Assembly (NCBI GenBank): GCA_964537315.1
Contig: CAZIAP010000002.1
Coordinates: forward strand, 1-41,236
Reading direction: 5' to 3'
DNA: 41,236 bases
Source of the DNA: an uncultured Gammaproteobacteria bacterium
GTDB lineage: Bacteria > Patescibacteriota > Microgenomatia > Levybacterales > GWA1-39-11
The number at the start of each line of letters is the position of its first letter. The first letter of the stretch is position 1. Under the pieces are notes generated by a model. It did not search any database. It was given only the letters and a program-made list of their open reading frames with translations, and was not told where the DNA came from. The position numbers were made by a program, and so were the translations under genes. This document shows positions 1 to 6,885 of the stretch, piece after piece.

Positions 1-54
1 AACTCACATCAGAGGATCCGCAATCCCCCATTCTATCCGTTGAACTACAGGAGC
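1..54 (-). tRNA. tRNA-Arg(GCG), 3' end cut off by window edge
   Basis: Reverse complement reads GCTCCTG-TA-GTTC-AACGGATA-GAAT-G-GGGGA-TT[GCG]GA-TCCTC-TGAT-GTGAG-TT. D-arm, anticodon arm and start of the T-arm fold normally, and the Arg identity base A20 is present. Confidence 0.85.
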
Positions 55-149
55 ATATTAAGTCACCTTCTCGCTTATACTATTAGACAGTTCAGCGTGA
101 GGTGTATTACTCTGGGTATTGTAACATATTTGAGGGTAAAATAAGCATT

Positions 150-695
150 CTACCGTGCTTCAAGAGGAAAATTTCGAGACAACCAATCAGCGCTTTGTTC
201 AACAAATGTTGGTCTTACATACTCTCGATACGGGAGAAAGTTTACGAGTATTCTCCTTACATGCTCACGCGAGATATCACCCAAAGTCATTTTCAACTCC
301 CCAGGCAACATCACCTCAGTCCGAATTATGAGCGTATCTGTATTATCAACTTTCTTAAAATAAAAATCATATAACTCTGACCAAATATAAAAATGATCTT
401 CTACCCGAATTCCTTCTGAGGTAATTTTATAATGAAAGTCTTTAGGAGGTATGGTATATAAAACTATCGCGAGAAAAACAAGCGCAAGAACCACTACCAT
501 CAACTCATACCACGATAGTAGAAAAAAAATAATTTGACACAGCATCATCAACAAAATAACAGTCGCATAAAACTGACGACCTTTTTTTGAGAATGGTCTG
601 CCTGGCGCAGTCCAAGATAAAAATGTACGAACATCGTTGTAAACGGGAAAGCTATTCTCAGAACGATATTCTCTTGCCTGTTCATTATCATCCAT
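150..695 (-). CDS. Hypothetical membrane protein (two TM helices followed by a PH-like/DUF5673-like soluble domain)
   Basis: ORF track 150..731; start moved to MDDNEQ (695). Hydrophobic hairpin followed by a YKITSEGIRV..W motif typical of CPR hypotheticals. Confidence 0.65.
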   Translation of the reverse strand: MDDNEQAREYRSENSFPVYNDVRTFLSWTAPGRPFSKKGRQFYATVILLMMLCQIIFFLLSWYELMVVVLALVFLAIVLYTIPPKDFHYKITSEGIRVEDHFYIWSELYDFYFKKVDNTDTLIIRTEVMLPGELKMTLGDISREHVRRILVNFLPYREYVRPTFVEQSADWLSRNFPLEAR

Positions 696-760
696 ATATA
701 TATGATGCACCAATATTGGGGATAAAAGCAAGCGGGCTATTCACAAAAGACTAAATAAAT

Positions 761-1627
761 TTAGAGTTCCTGGAGGATTGTACTCTCACCTTTTTTATTG
801 TCTTTGATATATTGTAAATATCTCTCTGTCGAAGACAGACGTTTGTGTCCGAGTACTTTTGAAAGAAATATAATTGATACTCCTTGCTTTAAATGGTGTG
901 AAACAAATGTGTGTCTTAGATCATTTATTTTCGCGTTCTCTATACCTGCTTTTCTAAAGTGTCTCTCAACAGCATCACGAATATTTCTAACCAAAAAAGG
1001 CTTACCTGTTTTAGTTACAAATAAATGGTCATCTTCTGTTTTTGTTCTAACTTCTATATATCGTTTTAATGCCTCTTTTGCTCTTTTATTTAAAGGAACC
1101 TCTCTTGCTTCATGTCCTTCGTGTGCGCGAATATATAGCGAGTTGTCTTTTACATCTTCTAAACGCAAATTTGCCAGCTCCCCTATACGGATGCCTGTTT
1201 GCAGTAAAATTTCAATAATCGCATAGATTCTTGGATCAGAAGATGCTGTGTCTCTAAGAGCTCGATATTCCAGCGGACTTAACACCCTAGGAGGATTTAG
1301 CTCATATTTTGGATGCTGAACCATGAGAGATGGATCATCGGTAATATACTCACTAATTTTTAAAAAACGATAAAATGTGCGGGTGGAGTTAAGCTTTCTG
1401 GAAAGTGACTTTGGGGTATACCCTGTATCCTGCAGTTTAGATAAAAATGCTTGGATATCCTGGTCATTGACCTCATGGATATGCTGCTTTTCTAGTTCTT
1501 CCAGAAATGAAACAAGTTGGTCAATGTCTTTTCCATATGCTAATATGGTTGCAGATGCCTTGTTTTTTCCTTTTAGGTAGTCCTGAAACTTACCATGAGC
1601 GTCACGAAGTTTTACATTATTTGCCAT
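761..1627 (-). CDS. XerC/XerD-family tyrosine recombinase
   Basis: SAM-like N-domain (RKLNSTRTFYRFL) plus TGIRIGEL, DLRHTF, LGH and TERY motifs. Start placed at 1627 because a TTGACA-17-TATTAT promoter lies just upstream. Confidence 0.9.
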   Translation of the reverse strand: MANNVKLRDAHGKFQDYLKGKNKASATILAYGKDIDQLVSFLEELEKQHIHEVNDQDIQAFLSKLQDTGYTPKSLSRKLNSTRTFYRFLKISEYITDDPSLMVQHPKYELNPPRVLSPLEYRALRDTASSDPRIYAIIEILLQTGIRIGELANLRLEDVKDNSLYIRAHEGHEAREVPLNKRAKEALKRYIEVRTKTEDDHLFVTKTGKPFLVRNIRDAVERHFRKAGIENAKINDLRHTFVSHHLKQGVSIIFLSKVLGHKRLSSTERYLQYIKDNKKGESTILQEL

Positions 1628-1636
1628 AGACAAACC

Positions 1637-1666
1637 TATAATATCAGCGAGTCCTAAATTTGTCAA
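1637..1666. promoter_or_regulatory. Overlapping divergent sigma70 promoters between xer and divIC
   Basis: Minus strand: TTGACA (1661-1666), 17 bp, TATTAT (1638-1643). Plus strand: TATAAT (1637-1642) with no clear -35. Confidence 0.6.
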
Positions 1667-1667
1667 C

Positions 1668-2009
1668 ATGAAATCTAAAAAAGTAGCAGTTATTATTTTT
1701 GTTCTTATATCAATCTTTGTGCTTCGAAATAGTATCACTTCTATCACTAGTCTTCTCCAGAATGAAGGTGCTGTTCAAGATCTCCAACAAGAGCTTAGCG
1801 AAAAAAAGAAAGAGCATATATTTTTAACTCAGCGACTTTCACAAGTTAAAACTGATGAATTTGTTGAACGAGAAGCCAGAGAAAAACTCGGGATGGTCCA
1901 GGAGAATGAACATCCTGTATTTGTTATCCCTCCATCAGAAAAAAATAACGAAAATAAAGTGGATAAGAAAGAAAACTGGGAAAAGTGGAAAGAAATCTTT
2001 AGATTTTAG
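1668..2009 (+). CDS. divIC: Septum formation initiator, FtsB/DivIC family
   Basis: N-terminal TM helix, coiled coil, and EFVEREAREKLGMV motif. Confidence 0.8.
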   Translation: MKSKKVAVIIFVLISIFVLRNSITSITSLLQNEGAVQDLQQELSEKKKEHIFLTQRLSQVKTDEFVEREAREKLGMVQENEHPVFVIPPSEKNNENKVDKKENWEKWKEIFRF

Positions 2010-2012
2010 ATG

Positions 2013-2082
2013 TTGCGGGGCAAGGAGTTGAACCTTGTCTGCGAGATTATGAGCCTCGCGTGCAGCCGTACACTACCCCGCT
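2013..2082 (-). tRNA. tRNA-Met(CAT), initiator-like; CCA not encoded
   Basis: AGCGGGG/CCCCGCA-A acceptor stem with a 1:72 mismatch; CGAGG-CT[CAT]AA-TCTCG anticodon arm; CAAGG-TTCAACT-CCTTG T-arm. TTGACA-17-GATAAT promoter at 2126..2098. Confidence 0.9.
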
Positions 2083-2183
2083 TCAATAGCTCATAGAATT
2101 ATCGCAGTTTAGCCTTGTTTTGTCAAACAAGAACCTAACCTGCTTGTTTTTTTATTTACAATACTGTAAAATTCATCATTAAT

Positions 2184-2879
2184 ATGGCTCAACACGAAAA
2201 ACTATCTGTCCAGGCACGAACCGTATTTGGAAAGCAACTAAAAAAACTTCGAAAAGACGGTATCCTCCCGGGTAACGTGTATGGTAAAAACTTTACCTCC
2301 ACAGCAGTACAAGTTCCATTTTCAGATTTTCAAAAAGTATATAGTAAAGTTGGAAATACTGGTCTTGTAGATTTAGAAGTTGATGGCAAAACTCATCCTG
2401 TACTGATTCACAACACCGCAATAAACACCATGACCCACGATCCTATACACGCAGATTTCTTTATCGTTAATTTGAAAGAAAAGATCACTGCTAATGTACC
2501 AATTGTGGCAGATGGCGAACCAAGCGCAGTAGCCGAAAAGAAAGGGATATTATTACAATTACTTAATGATGCAGAAATTGAGGCACTTCCGTCTGACCTT
2601 CCAGAATCTTTAAACGTTGATGTAACAGGACTATCCGAAGTTGATGACCAAATTACAGTTGAGCAGATTAAAGCACCTACAGGCGTAACCATTTTAAATG
2701 AGCCAAGCCAAGGAGTATTTCGTATTGGAGAACTTGTAACTCAAGAGGCTATCGAACAAGAAGCCCAGGAAGAAGCCGCTGCAGCTGCCGCTAGTGAAGA
2801 AGCATCAGACGAAGATAAAGCAGCAGAAAAATCAGACGGAGATACTTCAGAAACAAAAGAAGAAAAACCTCAGGAATAA
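2184..2879 (+). CDS. rplY: 50S ribosomal protein L25/Ctc (long form)
   Basis: KKLRKDGILPGNVYGK, HADFF and LPSDLPESL motifs; acidic tail. Confidence 0.95.
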   Translation: MAQHEKLSVQARTVFGKQLKKLRKDGILPGNVYGKNFTSTAVQVPFSDFQKVYSKVGNTGLVDLEVDGKTHPVLIHNTAINTMTHDPIHADFFIVNLKEKITANVPIVADGEPSAVAEKKGILLQLLNDAEIEALPSDLPESLNVDVTGLSEVDDQITVEQIKAPTGVTILNEPSQGVFRIGELVTQEAIEQEAQEEAAAAAASEEASDEDKAAEKSDGDTSETKEEKPQE

Positions 2880-2919
2880 TACTTTTTTATTATATTCCCA
2901 CTTAAAAATTGCTCTGTTA

Positions 2920-3309
2920 TTACTCTAACTCTTTCGCCAAAACTTCAGCTTCAAAGAAGTTGGGGTCAATAAACAAAGCTTTATCAATAAATTCTCTAGC
3001 TTTATTATTCTCACTTAAACGAGCAGCATAGACGGCCGCTTCGTAATAAGCTGCAGGGAACTGTGGATACTTAGCGATTACTGACTCCCAGTACGACAAG
3101 CTTTCTTGATATTCCTGCTGAACCTGCATGTTTGCACGGTAATCCTTAAATGTCTCATAAAATAGCATTCCTAATGTTGCGGTAAAAGAAACCATAAATA
3201 CGGTAATAAATATACCTAAGCTTTGCATAAATTGAGGTCTAGTAAAACGAGTTTGGATTCTTTGCGGTAATACAGCGGCAAATATGCGGGAATAAGTACG
3301 TTTGGGCAT
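2920..3309 (-). CDS. Hypothetical membrane-anchored protein with C-terminal TPR-like helices
   Basis: One TM segment, then YPQFPAAYYEAA..KALFIDP. Start at 3309 is supported by TTGACA(3344-3339)-17-TATAAT(3321-3316)-6-ATG. Confidence 0.7.
   Translation of the reverse strand: MPKRTYSRIFAAVLPQRIQTRFTRPQFMQSLGIFITVFMVSFTATLGMLFYETFKDYRANMQVQQEYQESLSYWESVIAKYPQFPAAYYEAAVYAARLSENNKAREFIDKALFIDPNFFEAEVLAKELE
3263..3294 (+). repeat. 32-bp tripartite repeat, copy 1 (TGCGGTAATAC AGCGGCAAATA TGCGGGAATA)
   Basis: Aligns with copies at 5494, 6145 and 6853. Lies inside codons 6-16 of the 2920..3309 gene. Confidence 0.85.
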
Positions 3310-3315
3310 ACCTGC

Positions 3316-3376
3316 ATTATATATCGTGTCTAATATTCTGTCAAAATTTGACAAAAGACTCATTTCAACGTATAAC
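3316..3376. promoter_or_regulatory. Back-to-back sigma70 promoters
   Basis: Plus: TTGACA 3348-3353, 17 bp, TATAAC 3371-3376 (glmS leader). Minus: TTGACA 3344-3339, 17 bp, TATAAT 3321-3316. The two -35 boxes form the palindrome TGTCAA-AAT-TTGACA. Confidence 0.8.
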
Positions 3377-3409
3377 TGTATGAAAGTATAGGTTGCTCAT
3401 TGTTTAACA

Positions 3410-3590
3410 GGCGTGTAGTCCCGACGTTACGTCGGGAAACGAGGAGAAGGGTCCGAAGTAACATCGGACAATCGGACGTCCGAAGTAACATCGGACAGTA
3501 TTTGCGGAAACCTTCAGGGTGTAGTACCATCCTAAAATATTCTGACAAAGCAAAATCGCAAGGTTTTGAATAAAACAGTATATGCGTACT
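3410..3590 (+). ncRNA. glmS ribozyme/riboswitch, variant with two hairpin insertions
   Basis: Upstream of glmS. P1 3419-3437; ACGAGG 3439-3444; P2 GAAGG/CCTTC; ATCG 3471-3474; GCGG 3504-3507; P3 AGGGTG/CATCCT; P3.1 AGTAC/GTACT(3586-3590); GACAAAG; P4.1 CAAAATC-GCAA-GGTTTTG with a GNRA loop. Confidence 0.85.
3451..3497 (+). repeat. Two identical palindromic 20-mers GTCCGAAGTAACATCGGACA (3451-3470 and 3478-3497)
   Basis: Exact direct repeat with a 27-bp period; each copy folds as GTCCGA-7-TCGGAC. Confidence 0.95.
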
Positions 3591-3734
3591 CTCCTATACT
3601 TCTTAAGTTTTTATTCGTTGAGCATTATAGTTTAAGACGTTCTAAGGGTTTAGAACAGGCGGCGAACGTGACTACTCACGAATCGTGGATCTTTACTGTA
3701 ACCGTTTAACTTATATTTACCAATTAAATCTAAT

Positions 3735-5492
3735 ATGTGCGGAATATTCGGTTATTTAGGTGATCAAACCAATGCGGGAAACTTAGTCCTTGATGGGCTA
3801 AAATCACTGGAATACAGGGGTTACGACTCTTGGGGAGTTGTAGTAAAGCAGCAAAACCGAAAACTACACATTGAGAAACATGTAGGCAAAATTGGTGATG
3901 CTACTCTTCCTTTACTTAAATCTTCTTCAGGAATTGGCCATACTCGATGGGCAACTCACGGCGGAGTTACAGAATCGAATTCTCATCCTCATCTGGACTG
4001 CAACCGTGAAATCATTATTGTTCACAATGGAATCATAGAAAATTATGCGGAACTAAAACAGAAACTACAGAGTAAGCATAGATATCTTTCAGAAACAGAC
4101 TCTGAAGTCTTTGCACACTTAGTCGAAGAAAAAATTATCAATGGAATGGATCTTCCACAAGCTGTTCTGGATACATTTACCCAAACTAAGGGATTGAGCG
4201 CAATTATTGTCTACCAGCCGAATACTGATAAATTTGTTGCTATCAAGAATGGGTCTCCACTTGTTTTCGGTACAAAAGATCAAGAGTTTTTCCTTGCGTC
4301 TGATAGTGCGGCATTAACTCCACATACCAACAAAGTCCACTTTCTTGAGGATAATGAACTACTTACTATATCTCGAAGTGGTTACCAGGTATATGACTTA
4401 AAACTCAACCCCAAAACTATTTCATTCATCACCTTGGAGTACTCATCTACTGATATAAACCTCGGTAAATACCCGCATTTCATGATGAAAGAAATACACG
4501 AACAGCCGTTTATTCTACGTAAGATAGTCCAAGAGCAGGAATCTAATATACAAAAGGCAGCTACTGTCATACAAAAGGCATATGGTACTTATTTCCTAGG
4601 CTGTGGGACAGCATACTATGCCGGACTTGCTGGAACATATCTATTCTCTAAAATTGCTAAAAAACATGTGAACGCCAGTGTGGGGTCAGAATTCACCTAC
4701 CACAAGGATTTTTTGCAAGACAAAAGCCTTGTTGTAGCACTCTCACAAAGTGGAGAGACCATTGATATCATCTCAAGCATTAAAGATGCAAAAGAAAAAA
4801 AAGCCAAGATTATGGCGATAACCAATGTACTTGGTTCTACACTATACCGTATGGCAGACCACAGACTGCTTCTCACAGCAGGTCCTGAAAAAGGTGTCCT
4901 TGCAACTAAATCCTTTACCGCTAAGATCGCATACCTTTATCTGTTAGCACATGTACTAAACAAGAGCATTAAAACAGGTAAAACTAATATTCTAAAAGTT
5001 GCAGACGAGATAGAAAGACTGCTGACTAAAAAAGATTCTATTCATACACTCGCAAAGAAAGTTAAAAGTAGTCCACATATATTCATCTTAGGAAGAGGCA
5101 TGTCCTACCCCACTGCGCTTGAATCAGCATTAAAAATAAAAGAGGTGTCCTATATCCATGCAGAAGGATTCGCAGCTGGAGAATTGAAGCATGGTGTGAT
5201 TGCGCTTATTGAAAAAGGCACACCTGTAATAGTCTTTAATCCAGAAGATGAAACATACGAAGACACACTCAATGCTGCACATGAGGTAAAAGCACGAGGA
5301 GCGAATATTATCGGTATCTCGAGCAAAAAACACGAGGTATACGATACGTTTATTCCCATAAGCAATTGCGGAGATGCAACAATAATACCGCACGTTGTGG
5401 TAGCACAACTCCTGGGGTATTACCTAGCGATAGAGCTTGGTAATGATCCTGATAAGCCAAGAAATCTGGCAAAGAGTGTAACTGTAAAGTAG
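3735..5492 (+). CDS. glmS: Glutamine-fructose-6-phosphate aminotransferase
   Basis: MCGIFG N-terminal catalytic Cys; LEYRGYDS, GHTRWATHG, SQSGET and DKPRNLAKSVTV motifs. Confidence 0.98.
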   Translation: MCGIFGYLGDQTNAGNLVLDGLKSLEYRGYDSWGVVVKQQNRKLHIEKHVGKIGDATLPLLKSSSGIGHTRWATHGGVTESNSHPHLDCNREIIIVHNGIIENYAELKQKLQSKHRYLSETDSEVFAHLVEEKIINGMDLPQAVLDTFTQTKGLSAIIVYQPNTDKFVAIKNGSPLVFGTKDQEFFLASDSAALTPHTNKVHFLEDNELLTISRSGYQVYDLKLNPKTISFITLEYSSTDINLGKYPHFMMKEIHEQPFILRKIVQEQESNIQKAATVIQKAYGTYFLGCGTAYYAGLAGTYLFSKIAKKHVNASVGSEFTYHKDFLQDKSLVVALSQSGETIDIISSIKDAKEKKAKIMAITNVLGSTLYRMADHRLLLTAGPEKGVLATKSFTAKIAYLYLLAHVLNKSIKTGKTNILKVADEIERLLTKKDSIHTLAKKVKSSPHIFILGRGMSYPTALESALKIKEVSYIHAEGFAAGELKHGVIALIEKGTPVIVFNPEDETYEDTLNAAHEVKARGANIIGISSKKHEVYDTFIPISNCGDATIIPHVVVAQLLGYYLAIELGNDPDKPRNLAKSVTVK

Positions 5493-5493
5493 C

Positions 5494-5525
5494 TGCGGTA
5501 ATAAGTCGGTAATTATGCGGGAATA
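5494..5525 (+). repeat. 32-bp tripartite repeat, copy 2 (TGCGGTAATAA GTCGGTAATTA TGCGGGAATA)
   Basis: Begins 1 nt after the glmS stop codon. Confidence 0.9.
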
Positions 5526-5545
5526 GATTCTGATATACTATTTTC

Positions 5546-6163
5546 ATGGAAGAATTTATATCAGAAGAATTAGCTCGTTCTCCAGAACTGCCCCGTAAAG
5601 AATATAATAAAGTCCTTGTTGTCTTTGCAGGTGCTCCAGGCTGCGGTAAAACTACCTTAGCAACCATTCTCAATAAACACAGTAACGTTTTAATGTTGGA
5701 TGTAGACGCTGCTAAGAGGGAATTAAAAAGTAAAATGGAATTCGATAGTGACTCAGAGGCAATGCAAGCTGCTTACGCATATAATCACACCTTGGCCCGC
5801 AAAGCACTTGATGAAGGAAGATCAGTATCTTTAGTCGCAACCTATTCTAGACCTAGTTACCAAGAGGATGCGATGTCACTTGCATTATCTACCGAAACCC
5901 CCATGGTTGTATTTAATGTAGAAGGTTCTGAAGATAAAGTTAGAGAGACACTAAGAAAACGACAAGAAAATCCTAATGAGTTATCAGACGTAACTACGTA
6001 TGAACACCACTTGGAAGTAAAAAACAGACTTCAGAAATTTCAACATGATCAAGCAGTAGACATTCACACAGAAGGCAACACGCCACAAGAGACGTTTGCT
6101 AAAGTGCAATCTGCTCTACAACCGTATGAGCAAAAAGAATACTCTGCGGTAATAGCGCGTTAA
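5546..6163 (+). CDS. P-loop small-molecule kinase (AAA_33-like)
   Basis: Walker A GAPGCGKT, DVDAAKREL and lid LRKRQ. TATACT lies 6 nt before the ATG. Confidence 0.75.
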   Translation: MEEFISEELARSPELPRKEYNKVLVVFAGAPGCGKTTLATILNKHSNVLMLDVDAAKRELKSKMEFDSDSEAMQAAYAYNHTLARKALDEGRSVSLVATYSRPSYQEDAMSLALSTETPMVVFNVEGSEDKVRETLRKRQENPNELSDVTTYEHHLEVKNRLQKFQHDQAVDIHTEGNTPQETFAKVQSALQPYEQKEYSAVIAR

Positions 6164-6176
6164 ATATGCGGGAATT
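6145..6176 (+). repeat. 32-bp tripartite repeat, copy 3 (TGCGGTAATAG CGCGTTAAATA TGCGGGAATT)
   Basis: Overlaps the last codons and stop of the kinase gene. Confidence 0.9.
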
Positions 6177-6304
6177 CTCTTCTAATTCCAGCTCACCTTA
6201 TTTTTGATATAATCTTCTTACTTATACCCACTCTGCTTTAGTAGTAGATTTGTGTGTGGAAAGGCACTTTGAAATCCGTTGTGTGCATAAAGAAAGAGAA
6301 TTAA

Positions 6305-6781
6305 ATGCCTCAATATATGGACAGAAAAACATCTCTTACTTCAGATGAACTCCGAATAATTTATGTTCCACTTGGTCAAGTAGTCCGAGCGTGGCGACTG
6401 CACAGAAACCTATCATATGGAAAATTAGTGGAGAAGGGAGGTACACCTCTTTCAAAGGGTTATCTATCTCAACTGGAATGTAATAAGATTAGGCAACCAG
6501 GTAGTAAGCACATGGAAGCACTGACAAAGGGACTAGAGATTGATCCGACCATTTTACTTGCTCGGATTTTCCCTGGACAAGAACAATTTGTTGGTGAACT
6601 TGATAATAAAGAGTTGTATTTTTTAGAGCAAGTAAGTTACGAACTCACACTACTTCTCAACGATTTAGAGAGAATGCGAGTACAAGTACAAACAACCCTG
6701 CAAAAAGTTTATTACCTCCAGCAAATATATCTTGTTAATTTCACTTATCAAGACGATATTCTTGATTCGACAGAACAATAA
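6305..6781 (+). CDS. XRE/Cro-CI family helix-turn-helix regulator with C-terminal helical extension
   Basis: VRAWRLHRNLSYGKL..LSKGYLSQLECNKIRQPG..ALTKGL pattern. Confidence 0.75.
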   Translation: MPQYMDRKTSLTSDELRIIYVPLGQVVRAWRLHRNLSYGKLVEKGGTPLSKGYLSQLECNKIRQPGSKHMEALTKGLEIDPTILLARIFPGQEQFVGELDNKELYFLEQVSYELTLLLNDLERMRVQVQTTLQKVYYLQQIYLVNFTYQDDILDSTEQ

Positions 6782-6821
6782 CATAACTGTTAAGGTAAAC
6801 ATCTCACAACGGAAAATACAG

Positions 6822-6846
6822 GGGGAGGCGTTGTCCTCCCCTTCTT
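6822..6846 (+). terminator. Probable intrinsic terminator
   Basis: GGGGAGG-CGTTGT-CCTCCCC stem-loop followed by TTCTT, downstream of the HTH gene. Confidence 0.55.
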
Positions 6847-6852
6847 ATCTCT

Positions 6853-6884
6853 TGCGGTAATAGGTCGGGAATTGTGCGGGAATA
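6853..6884 (+). repeat. 32-bp tripartite repeat, copy 4 (TGCGGTAATAG GTCGGGAATTG TGCGGGAATA)
   Basis: Ends 1 nt before the valS stop codon. Confidence 0.9.
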
Positions 6885-6885
6885 G

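Noticed and set aside
3178-3209. TGCGGTAAAAG...TACGGTAATA as a degenerate copy
   Set aside because: Spacing is 21 rather than 22 bp, there is no middle unit, and it lies in a coding region.
3451-3497. Direct repeats as a mini CRISPR array
   Set aside because: Only two 20-bp repeats with a 7-bp spacer, no cas genes, and the repeats sit inside the glmS ribozyme.
3360-3548. 62-aa minus-strand ORF with a repeated CPMLLRT peptide
   Set aside because: It is the antisense translation of the ribozyme and its duplicated hairpin.
3263-6884. 32-bp repeats as CRISPR repeats
   Set aside because: Spacing is 0.65-2.2 kb and contains whole genes, and the repeats are internally direct rather than palindromic.
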